Source of the DNA: Carpediemonas membranifera BICM
Taxonomy: Eukaryota; Protista; Fornicata
Length of the DNA: 64,000 bases
Direction: 5' to 3'
Assembly: GCA_019828565.1 (NCBI GenBank)
Contig: JAHDYR010000003.1
Coordinates: 619,409 to 683,408 of the forward strand
Both the position numbers and the translations under genes were made by a program. The notes beneath the pieces were generated by a model that saw only the letters and a list, made by a program, of their open reading frames with translations, was not told the origin of the DNA and did not search any database. Shown here one piece after another: positions 1 through 12,500 of the stretch (position 1 is the first letter of the stretch; each line of letters begins with the position of its first letter).

Positions 1-5
1 CGTTC

Positions 6-875
6 GTGGAGACAATCATCAAGAGCCGCGACGTCCCCCTCGCCACTGCCGGCCTCAGACTCCTGCGGGCGTTCTCGAGGCATCCGTCGGTGCTTCAGTC
101 GTCCACTCGGCTCGGGGGCCTCGTCACCGCGACACTACGGGTCCTAGAGGGCGCCGTGCCCGACCAGATTGCGACCGAGGCGCTGGCATTCGTCAGCAAT
201 GCGGCCGCCCCGTACTCGTGTGCCCGGGATGCCCTCATCGGTGACAAGTCGCCTCTCTTCACCATAGTCGCCCGACACATCGGCTCGGAGTCCACCAGCG
301 TCAGGGCGTTCTCTCTCGCGGTGCTGCGACACTGCGCCTACGAGAACCCCGGGCTTCGGACCGCCATCATCGACATCGTCCCGGCCGACATGTTCCGGCC
401 GTCTTACATGGTCGAGTGCGGTGAAGAGGAGAAGCTGCAGCTCGTCGACCTCTTCACCAACCTCTGCTACACGTGTGACTCCAGTGACGCCCCGCCGCTG
501 TCCATCAGGAGTCTGCTGGTCAGCCTCGCAAAGATCGCGGCCGAGGGCATCCAGGCAGGCCAGCACTCGTTCACGGACGAGTTCATCGAGCGGCTTCTGA
601 GGGCCCTGACGAACGCCGCGGGTACGCCCGCCCCGTCTGTCGACGACTCCGTCGAGTCTGTGTGGCGGGTCGTGGCGGCAGGCCCGGGAGTGGATCGGGC
701 GGCCCATCTCTTCCTCAGACGGGTCGTATCTGGGCGATCGAGGGAGGATCTGGACCATATCTCTCAGGTTCTGGAGCGGTGCGGATGGCTCGAGTCGATC
801 CGGGCCGTGGCGGGCAATGAGGCGGTCGAGTACGGCGACATCGCTGCAGACATCCTGCAGAAGCTGCAGGGGTAG
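6..875 (+). CDS. Armadillo/HEAT-like helical repeat protein, 5' truncated by the window edge
   Basis: Open frame from the window start with host-like codon usage. Leu/Ala-rich amphipathic helices (e.g. VRAFSLAVLRHCA, LLRALTNAA). TATAAA shortly after the stop. Confidence 0.5.
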   Translation: METIIKSRDVPLATAGLRLLRAFSRHPSVLQSSTRLGGLVTATLRVLEGAVPDQIATEALAFVSNAAAPYSCARDALIGDKSPLFTIVARHIGSESTSVRAFSLAVLRHCAYENPGLRTAIIDIVPADMFRPSYMVECGEEEKLQLVDLFTNLCYTCDSSDAPPLSIRSLLVSLAKIAAEGIQAGQHSFTDEFIERLLRALTNAAGTPAPSVDDSVESVWRVVAAGPGVDRAAHLFLRRVVSGRSREDLDHISQVLERCGWLESIRAVAGNEAVEYGDIAADILQKLQG

Positions 876-1252
876 TGCTTTTCTTGATATAAAGCGTAGC
901 ATAAGCGTCTTTGTTGTGATAGTCATTGTGCCGGAATCCCCCGTTGACCATATGGGACCTGGAGATTCAATGAGCGGGTTGATAGCATAGGAGTACTACT
1001 TCTGTGGATGTATGTCTATAGCACGTGGTCTGCTTCGGCATGAGACCTATCCCAAGACAGTGGTTGACAACACAACGGACCAGGGACGATCCTGTCAATG
1101 ACACAGCATCCCTGGTTTCCCCGCCCTGAGATCAAGCTTAGGGCAATCAGTGCAGAGATGCGACGCGAGCTGCTTGACCGCGCATAAACTGCACATTGAC
1201 AAAACAATTGTAACCCGAAAACCCGGCCGGTTGCTAAAGAATAGACAGGAAA

Positions 1253-2647
1253 ATGACCGAAGAAGCTGGATTGAACACAAATGAAGTAGCTGAGATGGTT
1301 GAGGACATCCACGAGGAGAAGGTTTCGTCCCCTCCTTCCGACGACTTTAACTTCCGCGAAATGCTCTGGGACAAGTTCGATGTCACCGATAATCGTATCA
1401 TTGAAGGAAAGAAGACCGTCAAGGTTACGGCGGAATTCATTGGCAACGCCAAAATGATTATGGACAAGTACACCAAGGATTTGACACTAATGGGCAAGGC
1501 CTTCGCCAAGGAGACCATCCCTGACAAGAAGGGGACTCTAGAACATGCCTACGACAGCCTCCGTGATGTTCCGCTCTCCATCTGCGGCGCCATGACGAAG
1601 TGCAGCTCGGTGTTCCACGACCAGGTCGAGACGCCCCTCGTCCAGCTCAAGCGCCGCACGAAGATCGAGCACGAGCGCATGCGCAAGGAGGAAGAGAACG
1701 TCTCCAAGAACCGCAAGGCTGCGCTGTCTGCCTTCAAGAAGGCCGAGGCCGCCTCCCGCAAGGCCGCTGAGGACGCCGACAAGGCCGAGGATGCCTTCCA
1801 CATTGAGCATAACAACCCAGGCCCTCAGCCCGCCACCCAGGCGAAGCTAGAGGACAAGTGCCAGCGTCTTCATCAGGCCCGCGTTAAGGCCGACGAGACG
1901 CACCGCAACAAGGCCGACGAGGCGCTAAGGTCGCAGGTTAGCTTCGAGGAGACGATGAACGGTATCTTCGATCGCATGCAGACGCTTGATAGCGAGCGCC
2001 TGGACACGATCAAGAACATGCTCGGTGTCATCAGCGAGGGCATCATCTCTCTCGGCGAAGACATCATTGCCGCGGGGCAGCAGCTTAAGAGCGCCACCGA
2101 GGAGATCCAGCCGATGAAGGAGATCGACGCCTTCGTGCAGGAGAACAAGACGGACGCGTACGCCCACAAGGACGAGGACCACGTCGTCTACGTCCAGCAG
2201 GAGTCGGGCATCGAGATCACGCCCATCGTTGACCAGCCCGTACCCGTCGAGTCCATGGAATCCGTTGAGGCCGCTGCCCCCGCCGCCGCCCCCGCCGCGG
2301 TGACCGGGGAGATGGTCGTGGCCCTGTTCGACTGGACGGCGCAGGACGACACCGAGCTCACCGTAGTCGTGGGCGAGGAGCTCACAGAGATGGAGAAGAT
2401 CGGCGACTGGTCCCGCTGCCGCAACGCACACGGCACCGAGGGCCTCGTCCCCGGCAACTACATCGAGAAGCCCTCCGCCGGCACCTACGCCACCGCCCTG
2501 TACGACTTCGACGCTACTGACGACTCCATGGTCTCCGTGACGGTGGGCGAGCGTGTGAACGTCCTCTCTGACGACGGCGACTGGACCCAGGCCCGCAAGG
2601 AGAACGGGCAGGTCGGCCTCGTGCCCACTGCCTACCTGGAGAAGTGA
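1253..2647 (+). CDS. F-BAR (FCH) plus two SH3 domain protein
   Basis: N-terminal helical region starting 'FREMLWDKFD'. Two SH3 motifs: VALFDWTAQDDTELTV...W...GLVPGNYIE and ALYDFDATDDSMVSV...W...GLVPTAYLE. Confidence 0.85.
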   Translation: MTEEAGLNTNEVAEMVEDIHEEKVSSPPSDDFNFREMLWDKFDVTDNRIIEGKKTVKVTAEFIGNAKMIMDKYTKDLTLMGKAFAKETIPDKKGTLEHAYDSLRDVPLSICGAMTKCSSVFHDQVETPLVQLKRRTKIEHERMRKEEENVSKNRKAALSAFKKAEAASRKAAEDADKAEDAFHIEHNNPGPQPATQAKLEDKCQRLHQARVKADETHRNKADEALRSQVSFEETMNGIFDRMQTLDSERLDTIKNMLGVISEGIISLGEDIIAAGQQLKSATEEIQPMKEIDAFVQENKTDAYAHKDEDHVVYVQQESGIEITPIVDQPVPVESMESVEAAAPAAAPAAVTGEMVVALFDWTAQDDTELTVVVGEELTEMEKIGDWSRCRNAHGTEGLVPGNYIEKPSAGTYATALYDFDATDDSMVSVTVGERVNVLSDDGDWTQARKENGQVGLVPTAYLEK

Positions 2648-2755
2648 GGGAGCCATTAAACTGTGCATATTGGATGATACGCTCTTGTGGGTGTCTGAGG
2701 GTCATATACATTTCGGCCATGTATGCGATAATTCGCAAGGATCGCAACAAGCGCC

Positions 2756-3382
2756 ATGTCGATTGAGCAAACAACGATATTCCCGCGCACACCGGCGGCA
2801 ATCAAGAGCAAAGAAGATGAGTGGGATCCCATGGGCAACATTTTCCGCCCCAGCACCAACCAGAGCCCAACTTCCCGTCTCCATTTCTCAGAGGGCGCCA
2901 AACAGTTCGTGGCCTCCCACAAACAACCGCCTTTACACAGAGAAGACATGTCTGAGGACCCACCACTCCAGGATATGGCATACTACGAGGCCGAGGGCCA
3001 CGCCAGCCCCATTGTCCACTCCGCCCCCGCCTCCTCCTTCCCCGAGGCCACAGGCCCCTGGGTCACTGTCTTCGGGTTTAAGGAGGGTCAGGTGCACGAC
3101 GTTCTCCAGGCGCTCCAGGCTTATGGCTCGATTGTGGACTTCAAGCGCTCGAGCGGTAACTGGGTCCATGTCCAGTTCGACAGCGCGCTCACGGCCCAGC
3201 ACTGTCTCGCTGCATCCCGCTACATGCGGGTTGGGGGCAACATGATTGGCGTCGTCCCGCTCGACCGGTCCGACGAGATGACAAGCAGGGCCCAGCCCGT
3301 CAAGCACTCGGGCTTCGTGGACGGTGGTCTGAAGCAGTCTTCATCCATCTGGGATCATGTACGCGGCGTCCTGTTCGGCTGA
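2756..3382 (+). CDS. NUP35: Nucleoporin Nup35/Nup53 (MPPN-type RRM)
   Basis: WVTVFGF...YGSIV...GNWVHVQF...GNMIGVVP matches the Nup35 RRM. C-terminal amphipathic tail IWDHVRGVLFG. Confidence 0.8.
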   Translation: MSIEQTTIFPRTPAAIKSKEDEWDPMGNIFRPSTNQSPTSRLHFSEGAKQFVASHKQPPLHREDMSEDPPLQDMAYYEAEGHASPIVHSAPASSFPEATGPWVTVFGFKEGQVHDVLQALQAYGSIVDFKRSSGNWVHVQFDSALTAQHCLAASRYMRVGGNMIGVVPLDRSDEMTSRAQPVKHSGFVDGGLKQSSSIWDHVRGVLFG

Positions 3383-3573
3383 ATGCGGTAGATTGAAGTT
3401 TCGCGCGGTAAATTCTTAATCAGAGACAGGCATTCGGGAAGATGAGAAAGAGGATTAAAATGGTTAGGGATGATGCATGCACGTCCTATGCGGCACATAT
3501 CGTCTCCTGAGGCCGCCACAGTTGGCTGACAAAAACTGCACTGCACATATCGTCCCACGGAATTCTCAACACA

Positions 3574-6500
3574 ATGCTTCCGCCTCTGCAGGAGTTTTTG
3601 TCGTTACTGAATACCGTTATCGTCCCTCTCCTTCGAGATGGGGACTTTATTGATTCCGTGAAGGATTTCCACCACCAGAGTCTCGAGAGATTCCTTGCTG
3701 TCCTGACGGAGCTCGTCCATGGCATGAACAACCAGACAGTCCTGTACGTGCCTGAAATCGAGCCCCCGGCAGCAACTGACGGCGACAGCCTCACTGAGTA
3801 CAGGCACCGCTGCGAGAACCTCGTCATCCACTGGACCTCTCAGATCAAGAAGCTCGTCAACGAGCAGGACACCACGTCCACCACCGACAATGCCAGGGTC
3901 GATGCCGTCAAGTTCGACGAGGACGGCTACCCCGTGTTTCCTGCCCTCCCCGGCCCTGCCGAGGAGATCCAGTTCTGGACAAGCCGTGCAAAGGACCTTT
4001 CCTCGGTCGCGAACCAGCTCACCGACGAGGAGGTGCAACGCATCTGTGACAGTCTGAAGAAAACCTCGTCCTCCTACCTCAAGGCCTTCAACGACCTCGC
4101 CCAGACAATCAGCAGCCGCGCCAACGAGGCCGCCAAGAACCGGGAGGCACTCCAACTGGTCGACGATCTGACCAAGGACCTCGACCTCGCCACGCCCAAC
4201 CAGATTCCCGATCGCATCCCGGGCATCCTGAAGGGCGTCGCGTCCATCTTCAAGAACGCGCTCTACTACAACCAGGGCAGCTGTGAGCGCATCGCTGGCC
4301 TCTTCCGCCGCTTCAGCAACCAGATTATCATGATCTGTGCCCGTAACATCAGTCTGTCCGACATCTTCGACGGCGACGTCGAGCTGGCCATCACCGCCCT
4401 GCGCCAGTCAATCCGTTGCGGGGCCGTGTGGCGCGAGGAGTTTGCCAAGGTCTCTGCCGAGCTCTCCTCCGAGGATCGGTTCAAGGACTCGTGGTCGATC
4501 TCCCCCGACTCGTCCGACGCCACCTCGTCCTCTGTGTTTGCACCGCTCGACGCTTTCGTGCAGCGGTGCCGGGACCTCCTTGAGCTGTGCGAGGGCTGCA
4601 TCCAGTTCTCCCGGGCCGACGTGACTGCCCGCATCCTCAAGGCACGCCGGGTCCGGCGGGAGCAGGGCGTCCACTTCGAGATCGAGGACGAGGCCAGCAG
4701 CGTCGAGAAGGACCGTGTCGTCCGCTTCGGTGGTGCCCGCGGCTCTGAGATCCGCCGGGCCCTGTCGGACATTGAGCGGAAGTACATCAAGCACCTCGAC
4801 CGGATCAAACACCTCGAGTATCACCTGCTCGACGTCAAGAGGACCGGCTGGCACGAGGACTTCGCGTCGTTCAAGCAGGATGTCAAGGACGTCGAAGTCA
4901 TGTTCCAGAACATCATCAAGACGGCATTCGAGAGTGCCACTAGCACTAGGACGGCTGTGGAGCTCCTCGACACGTTCAGCCACCTTGCCCGGAGAGGCGG
5001 GATCATCCGCACCGTCGAGAAGAAGGTCACCGAGACCTTTGTCAACTTCTTCAGGGGTTGCGAGGACGTCCGCACGACCTTTGAGAACGGCAAGAGGAAC
5101 CCACCTCTCCACCTGAGGCCCTCCCAGCCACAGTACGCCGGGACGGCTGCCTGGTGCCGGCAGCTCACAGCCAAGCTCAACACTGACTGGGGCTACATCG
5201 AGAAGTACGTGCCCGAGGAAGACAAGCGCAGCAGGGAGCAGGCAGACGCGGTCGAGACGTATCGCCAGATCTCTCAGACCGTGTCTGAGTACGTCAAGAC
5301 GCTCTACAGCGAGTGGGTCGGCTCCCTCGACGGTAAGGGCTGGAACTCCCTGGATCGGCACCTCATATGCACGTCAAGGACGTCGCCCGGCCTTCTTGAG
5401 GTCAACTTCGACCCTAATCTGCACCGTGCATCACAGGAGGCGGCATATTGGTCTAGGATCGGATTCGAGGTCCCGTATTTCCTCAAGACGATCGCCGAGC
5501 AGGCTGAGCTCAACAAGGCCCTCCGTGAGCGCGTCGTGTCCGTTGTCCGCGAGTACAACCGCGTCGTCCAGGCCCTGGCCGAGGACGAGGCCCCACTCTT
5601 CGCAGAGATCATCGCAGACATGACCCGCGCCGTCCGCGAGGGCATCACGGAGCTCGTCTGGTCGAACTCAGAGGACGTTCCCCCATTCGTCGCCAAGGCC
5701 ACTGCCGAATGCAAGGCGACGATGGCCCGCGTCCAGTCGTTCCACGAGGCCCGTGCCAAGATTGCCCAGCAGTGCGCCGTCATCGCGGACTACCCGCTGC
5801 TGCAGATCGAAAAGAAGACAACGTACAGCGTCGAGGACTTCCTCAAGCTCCAGGAGTCCGCGGTCAAGAGGGCCACAGAGGCGATCGGCACGGCTCACGG
5901 CGCCATCGTGGACGCGCTGCAGCAGGTCTATCCTCTCTTCCGTCGCAGCGGCGACGTCCAGCAGGCTTGGGCGAGCTTCGTCAAGGAGGTTGACACGAAG
6001 ATCCAAGACGCCGTCGTCAGCACCACCCGGAACGCCGCCGAGGAGCTCAGCAAGGCCATCGTCGGCGATCCGGCGGACAGCACCGAGGGCCAGGAGCCCC
6101 AGGTGTCGCCCCTGCTCCACATCTCGATCATCCTGGGGGAGCGCAGGGACGCCGTACGCGGCACTACTGTCCGCGAGGTCACGCCCGTGCCCACGCTTAA
6201 GACGGTCCAGTCGACGCTCGAGAACATCAGCCGCATGGTCACGGGCGTCACCCTCGCGCTCTCGAGGCTGGGCGCCGCCCTCACCCGCAAGGAGGAGGAG
6301 GCCACCACCCGCTACGAGGAAGAGCAAAAGGCCGCCCGTGCCGCCGTCCTCGAGCGCATGGCCCGGCAGGGTGTGACTCCCTCCGCCGCCGACCAGACTG
6401 TGGAGCCCCTCTCGGGCGAGGTCAAACCAGACTACCACATCGAGCAGACCCCCGACTACAGCACCGTCGTTCGTAACGACAGCCACGTCCAGAACGTCAT

Positions 6501-9500
6501 GCAGGCCATCCTCGCCGGAACCCAGGCAGTCGAGCCCAAGCTTCTCGCCCACATCCGCCACTTCAACGCCCGCAATGTGCACGACCCCGAGTCCGGCTAC
6601 AGCGGCCTCTGGACCCAACCCATCGACAAGTTCATCGAGAGAATCGAGCGCCAGCGTGACTCGTACGGCCTGGTGCATTTCCAGGCGGACATCAACCGGG
6701 ACCGCGGTCTAGAGCAATCGATCAACGCCGAGGACACCTTCGCCGACATCAGGTTCATCCACGTCGACAACGGGCCCCTAAAGCGCCGCATGCTCGAGCT
6801 CGCCATCGAGCGACAGACTCGTCTCCTTCGCTACCTCGCCACCATTGCCCGCCGCGAGCTCGGGGACGTCATGTCCCACTACTCCAACCGCGCCAAGCAG
6901 CTGTCTAAGGTCCCGCAGTCCATCCCAGAGCTGTCAGCCATGCTGAAGCTAGTCGCCCAGGTCGCGAACGAGGACCCCAGCGTCCGGTTCGGGCCGCTGC
7001 AGGAGAAGTACGACCTCCTCGCCCACTACCAGGCGGCCGTGCCGACCGCGGAGGTGGAGCAGCTCGAGGGGCTAGAGGCCACACACGCGCAGTACAAGAA
7101 GCTACTTGAGGATAGCCAGGAAATGCTGCGGCGTGAGAAGGCGTCGTTCAAGGAGGCCACCCTCTCTGAGAACAAGGCGCTCGCCGAGAACGTCAAAGCA
7201 TTCCGCGAGAAGCTCTCCCGCGAGGGCCCCAAGGACCGCGAGCTCAACGCCGACACCGCCCTTGCTCGGGTCGCGACGTTCAAGGCCGAGCTAGACTCCC
7301 TCGAGACCAAGCAGGGCGACATCGGCAAGGCTCTGCAGGTGTTCGACGTCGAGCCGCCAGTGCTCAGAGATATGGCGAGCAGCACAAAGGACATCGAGCT
7401 GCTCAATAACATCTGGGCCGCCGTCAGCGACTGGCGTAAGGAGTGGGCGCACTTCGAGGAGCTGCCCTTCACTCAGATTGACCCCGAGACCCTGGATGAG
7501 ACCGCCCGGCTGTTCCAGAAGCGTCTCTTCTCCCTGAAGGCCGGCAAGACCTGGCCGACGTGGATCGGGCTCAAGGAGGACCTGGACAAGTTCAGGGCAG
7601 TCATCGAGCCTGTCAGATGCCTCAAGAACCCAGGCCTCAGGGACCGTCACTGGCAGCAGCTCAGCGAGGAGCTCGGCCAGCCCGTCGACCCAGCCGACCC
7701 GAAGCTGACCATGGGCAAGCTCCTGGAGCTCGGAGTGGGCGTCCACTCCGAGGCGATCGAGCTGCTCTCGTCCTCAGCCTCGCAGGAGCTCTCGATTGAG
7801 CAAGGCCTTGCGGACATCCGGGCAGTCTGGGGCACGCTGACCCTGGAGATCGCGCCCTACAAGACCAAGGAACTCTTCATCCTCAAGGGCAGCGACGACC
7901 TCTACCAGGTGCTAGAGGACCATATGGTCACCCTCGGCGCCATGAAGGAGAGCCGGTTCATCGCCGCATTCGAGACGGAGGTCGACCACTGGGAATCACA
8001 ACTTAGCACCGTCGCCGAGGTCGTCGAGGAGGTTCTCGCCGTCCAGCGCGCCTGGATGTACCTCGAGAACATCTTTGTCGGCTCAGAGGACATCCGCCGC
8101 CAGCTGCCCGCCGAGACGCAGCAGTTTGACCAGGTGAACCGCATGTGGAAGCGGACACTGGGCGCGATGAACAAGGACCCCAGGGCCATCCCCGCCACAC
8201 ACGCGGACGGCCTGCTCGACCGTCTGGTCAGCATGGAGAAGGACCTCGACTCGATCCAGAAGTCACTCGATCAGTACCTCGAGACTAAGCGGAAGGCGTT
8301 CCCCCGGTTCTACTTCCTGTCCAACGACGACCTGCTCGAGATCCTCGGCCAGGCCAGGAACCCGCTCGCGGTCCAGGCTCATCTCCGGAAGGCGTTCGAC
8401 GGCATCAAGTCCCTCGAGCTTGTCCAGCCCCAGACTGGTCGGCAGCGCGCCCTCGAGGCCCATGGCATGGTGTCCGTGGAGGGCGAGAAGGTCCCCTTCA
8501 TCTCCCCCGTCATCTGCGAGGGCGCCGTCGAGTCGTGGCTTAAGAACGTCGAGCTCGCCATGCAAGCAACCCTCAAGAAAATCCTCGTCCAGTGCCGCGC
8601 CGCCCTCGTGCCCCTGAAGCGTGAGCGCTGGGTGACTTCCTGGCCCTCGCAGTTGACGTTGACAGTTGGCCTCATCCACTGGACAACGGAGGTTCACAAG
8701 GCGTTCAACGGCGACGCACGCAAGGGCCTCCGCTCGCTCAAGAAGAAGCAGCTTATGCTGCTCCACAAGCTGACGCAGGTGGTCCGAGGCGAGCTGACTC
8801 CCCTTGACCGGGCCCGGTTCACCGCCATAATCACGGTGGAAGTCCACTCGAGAGACGTCATCGAGAAGCTCATCAAGAAGCAGGTGTCGTCCGAGCGGTC
8901 GTTCGACTGGTCGTCCCAGCTCCGCTTCTACCTGGACGGCGACAAGGAGCAGTGTATCATCCAACAGACCAACACCACCCAGCTCTACGCGTACGAGTTC
9001 ATCGGAGCCTCGGGCCGCCTGGTCATCACACCACTGACCGACCGATGCTACATGACACTCACGACGGCCATGCATCTCAAGAGGGGCGGGTCGCCCCAGG
9101 GCCCTGCTGGCACGGGCAAGACGGAAACCGTCAAGGACCTCGCCAAGGCCCTGGCCAAGATGTGTGTCGTGTTCAACTGCTCTGAGGGGCTCGACTACAA
9201 GTCCCTCGGCCGCATGTTCTCGGGTCTGGCCCAGACCGGCGGTTGGGGTTGCTTCGATGAGTTCAACCGTATCGACATCGAGGTGCTCTCCGTCGTCGCC
9301 CAGCAGATCCTGTCGATCCTGAACGCCCTCAGCGAGAACCTAACCCGGTTCGTCTTTGAGGGCCAGGAGATCCCCCTCAACTCGGGCTGCGGCATCTTCA
9401 TCACCATGAACCCGGGGTACGCTGGCCGAACAGAGCTCCCCGACAACCTCAAGTCGCTCTTCCGTCCCGTCTCGATGATGGTACCCGACTTTGCACTCAT

Positions 9501-12500
9501 CGCCGAGATCATCCTCTTCTCCATCGGGTTCAGCAGCGCCAAGCTCCTCAGCAAGAAGCTCATCACGCTGTACGACCTGGCGAAGCTCCAGCTCTCCAAG
9601 CAATGCGTATGTCCCCCCTTCTACCGTTACCCAGCATTACGACTTCGGTCTCAGGGCCATCAAGGCAGTCCTCACCTCCGCGGGCCATGTCAAACGCAGC
9701 GAGCCCTCCCTCAGCGAGGAGCAGATCATGCTTCGTGTCCTGCGTGATTCTAACCTGCCCAAGTTCGTGTCCGAGGATGTGCCCTTGTTCACGGCACTCA
9801 TCAGCGACCTCTTCCCCTCCACCGAGGCCGTTATCGTTGACTACGGCGACCTCGAGAAGTACACCCGCGCCGTGCTCGAGGAGTGGCATCTCCAGCCGAC
9901 CAAGGCGATCCTGCAGAAGGTGTTCCAGCTCTACGAGACAAAGAACGCCAGGCACGGTGTGATGATCATCGGCAACACCGGTGCTGGCAAGTCCACTGTC
10001 TGGCGCACCCTCGCTGAGGTCCTCACGCGTCTCAAGAACGACGGCGTCGTGGGTCACAATTTCGAGCTCGTCCACACCTCCGTCATCAATGCCAAGGCCC
10101 TCACACAAGGAGAGCTGTTCGGCGAGACGAACTTCAACACTGGTGAGTGGAAGGACGGTGTCATGAGCTCTATCCTGCGTGACGCCAGCGCCGACGAGAA
10201 GCCCGATCAGAAGTGGATCGTCGCCGATTGCCCCATCGACACGCTTTGGATCGAGAGCATGAACACTGTGCTGGACGACTCGAAGATCCTGACGCTCATC
10301 AACGGTGAACGTATTAGCTTCCCAAGCCAGGTGTCCTTCCTGTTCGAGGCCCGCGATCTGGCCGTCGCATCACCGGCCACTGTGTCCCGTTGCGGCATGA
10401 TCTACATGGACCGGACCGACCTGGGCTATAAGCCCGTCGTCAAGTCGTGGCTGGACCAGAAGACAAACAAGGAGGAGCAGGCCGCCCTCGTTCGTCTCTT
10501 CGACAAGTTCCTGCCGCCCGTGCTGGAGCTGGTCAACAGCGAGTGCGAGCAGATCGTCGAGGTTGACGAGCTCAGCACCGTCAAGTCCCTCATGGACCTG
10601 TACGACATCCTCGGGACCCCCGAGAACGGCCTCGACCCGGCCGACGCTGACATGTTCGGCCGCATGGTCGAGCTCTGGTTCGTATTCTCCCTCGTCTGGT
10701 CGATCGGCGGTGTCCTCAACGACTCGTCCCGCCGCAAGTTCGACCTTGTTGTCCGGGACCTCGAGGGCCAGTTCCCCGCCAAGGACACCGTCTTCGAGTA
10801 CTTCGTGGACCCCCGCCGCAAGGTCTGGGCGCCCTGGGACGACAAGGTGCCGGGCCAGTGGCGGCCCCCGGCCCACATCCCCGTCCACAAGGTCATCGTG
10901 CCCACTGTCGACACGGCGCGGTCCCAGTACTTGCTGTCCGCCCTCGTCCGGGCCCAACGGAACGTCATGCTCGCCGGTGCCACCGGTACGGGTAAGACTG
11001 CGTTCATCCTCGACGGTCTCTTCCCCACCCTGCCAGAGAAGATGGCGACCGTCTTCATGAACTTCTCGGTGCAGACCAACTCCAACAAGACCCAGGAGCT
11101 GATCGAGTCCCGGCTTGAGAAGAAGACCAAGGGAACCCTCGGCCCCCCCGGCAACAGGCGTCTCGTGGCTTTCACCGACGACTTTAACATGCCCAAGAAG
11201 GACGAGTTCGGGTCCATGCCCCCGCTCGAGCTCCTGCGGCAGCTCATCGAGTACGGTGGCTGGTACGACCGCGGCAAGCAGGCGTTCACCGCCATCCGCG
11301 ACGTCCAGCTCCTAGCCGGCATGGCCCCCCCTGGCGGTGGGCGTCAGCAGATCTCCGAGCGCCTCATGTCCCGCTTCAACGTGCTCGCCCTCGTATTCCC
11401 ATCAGAGTCCCAGATCAAGCGGATCTTCGGGACCCTGCTCGGTCACCACTTCGCGGACTTCGACGAAGAGATCCGGACCCTCACGGACACCCTCACCAGA
11501 GCAACCCTGGAGATCTACCAGACGGTCACGATCGAGTTGCTTCCTACGCCCATCAAGTCGCACTACATCTTCAACCTGCGCGACCTCGCCAAGGTCTTCT
11601 ACGGCATGATGCAGATTAACAAGTCCTCCTGTGACAGCAAGGACGTCATCCACCGGCTCTGGACCCACGAGTTGTACCGCGTGTTCGGTGATCGTCTCTG
11701 CACTGTCGAGGACAAGAAGTGGTTTGACGAGCTCCTCAACAGCCGCCTCGGGTCGACGTTCAGCATCACCCTCGGTTCGATCAGCAACAAGGGCCGCCCC
11801 CCGCTGTTCACAGACTTCATGTCGGATGATCCCGAGGAGCGTGTCTATGAGGAGATCACCGATCGGACGAAGCTCAAGGCGTTCGTCGAGGAGGCACTTG
11901 ATGAATACAACGCGTCGACCCGCGGCGCCCAGCTGAATCTGGTACTCTTCCAGGATGCCCTTGACCACATCTGCCGCATCAACCGTGTCCTCCAGCAGCC
12001 GCAGGGTAACGTGCTCCTCATCGGTGTCGGCGGGTCGGGCAGGCAGTCGGTCGCCCGGGTCGCTGCCCATCTTGCAGGTATGGAGGTCTTCCAGATCGAG
12101 ATCAAGAAGAACTACCGGACGACCGAGTTCCACGAAGACCTCAAGGGCCTTTTCCGGAGCGCCGGAATCGATGGCAAGGACATCGCCTTCATCATGACGG
12201 ACGCCCAGGTCGTCGAGGAGTCCTTCCTCGAGGACGTCAACAACATCCTATCGTGCGGCGAGGTCCCCAACCTCTTCACTAACGAGGAGGTCCGTGAGAT
12301 CAGAGATAGTCTCCGCGACGAGGCCAAGAAGACCGGCGTGGCGGACACGGACGACGCGGTCTACCAGTACTTCATCAACCGTGCCCGCGAACACCTCCAT
12401 GTGGTGTTCTGTATGTCCCCGGTCGGAGAGCCCTTCAGACGTCGTCTCCGCACCTTCCCCGCCCTCGTGTCAAACGTCACGATCGACTGGTTCAGCGAGT

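Noticed and set aside
9491-9747. Programmed frameshift or split gene in the dynein heavy chain
   Set aside because: Both frame changes are explained by canonical 28- and 31-nt GT-AG introns that restore conserved motifs.
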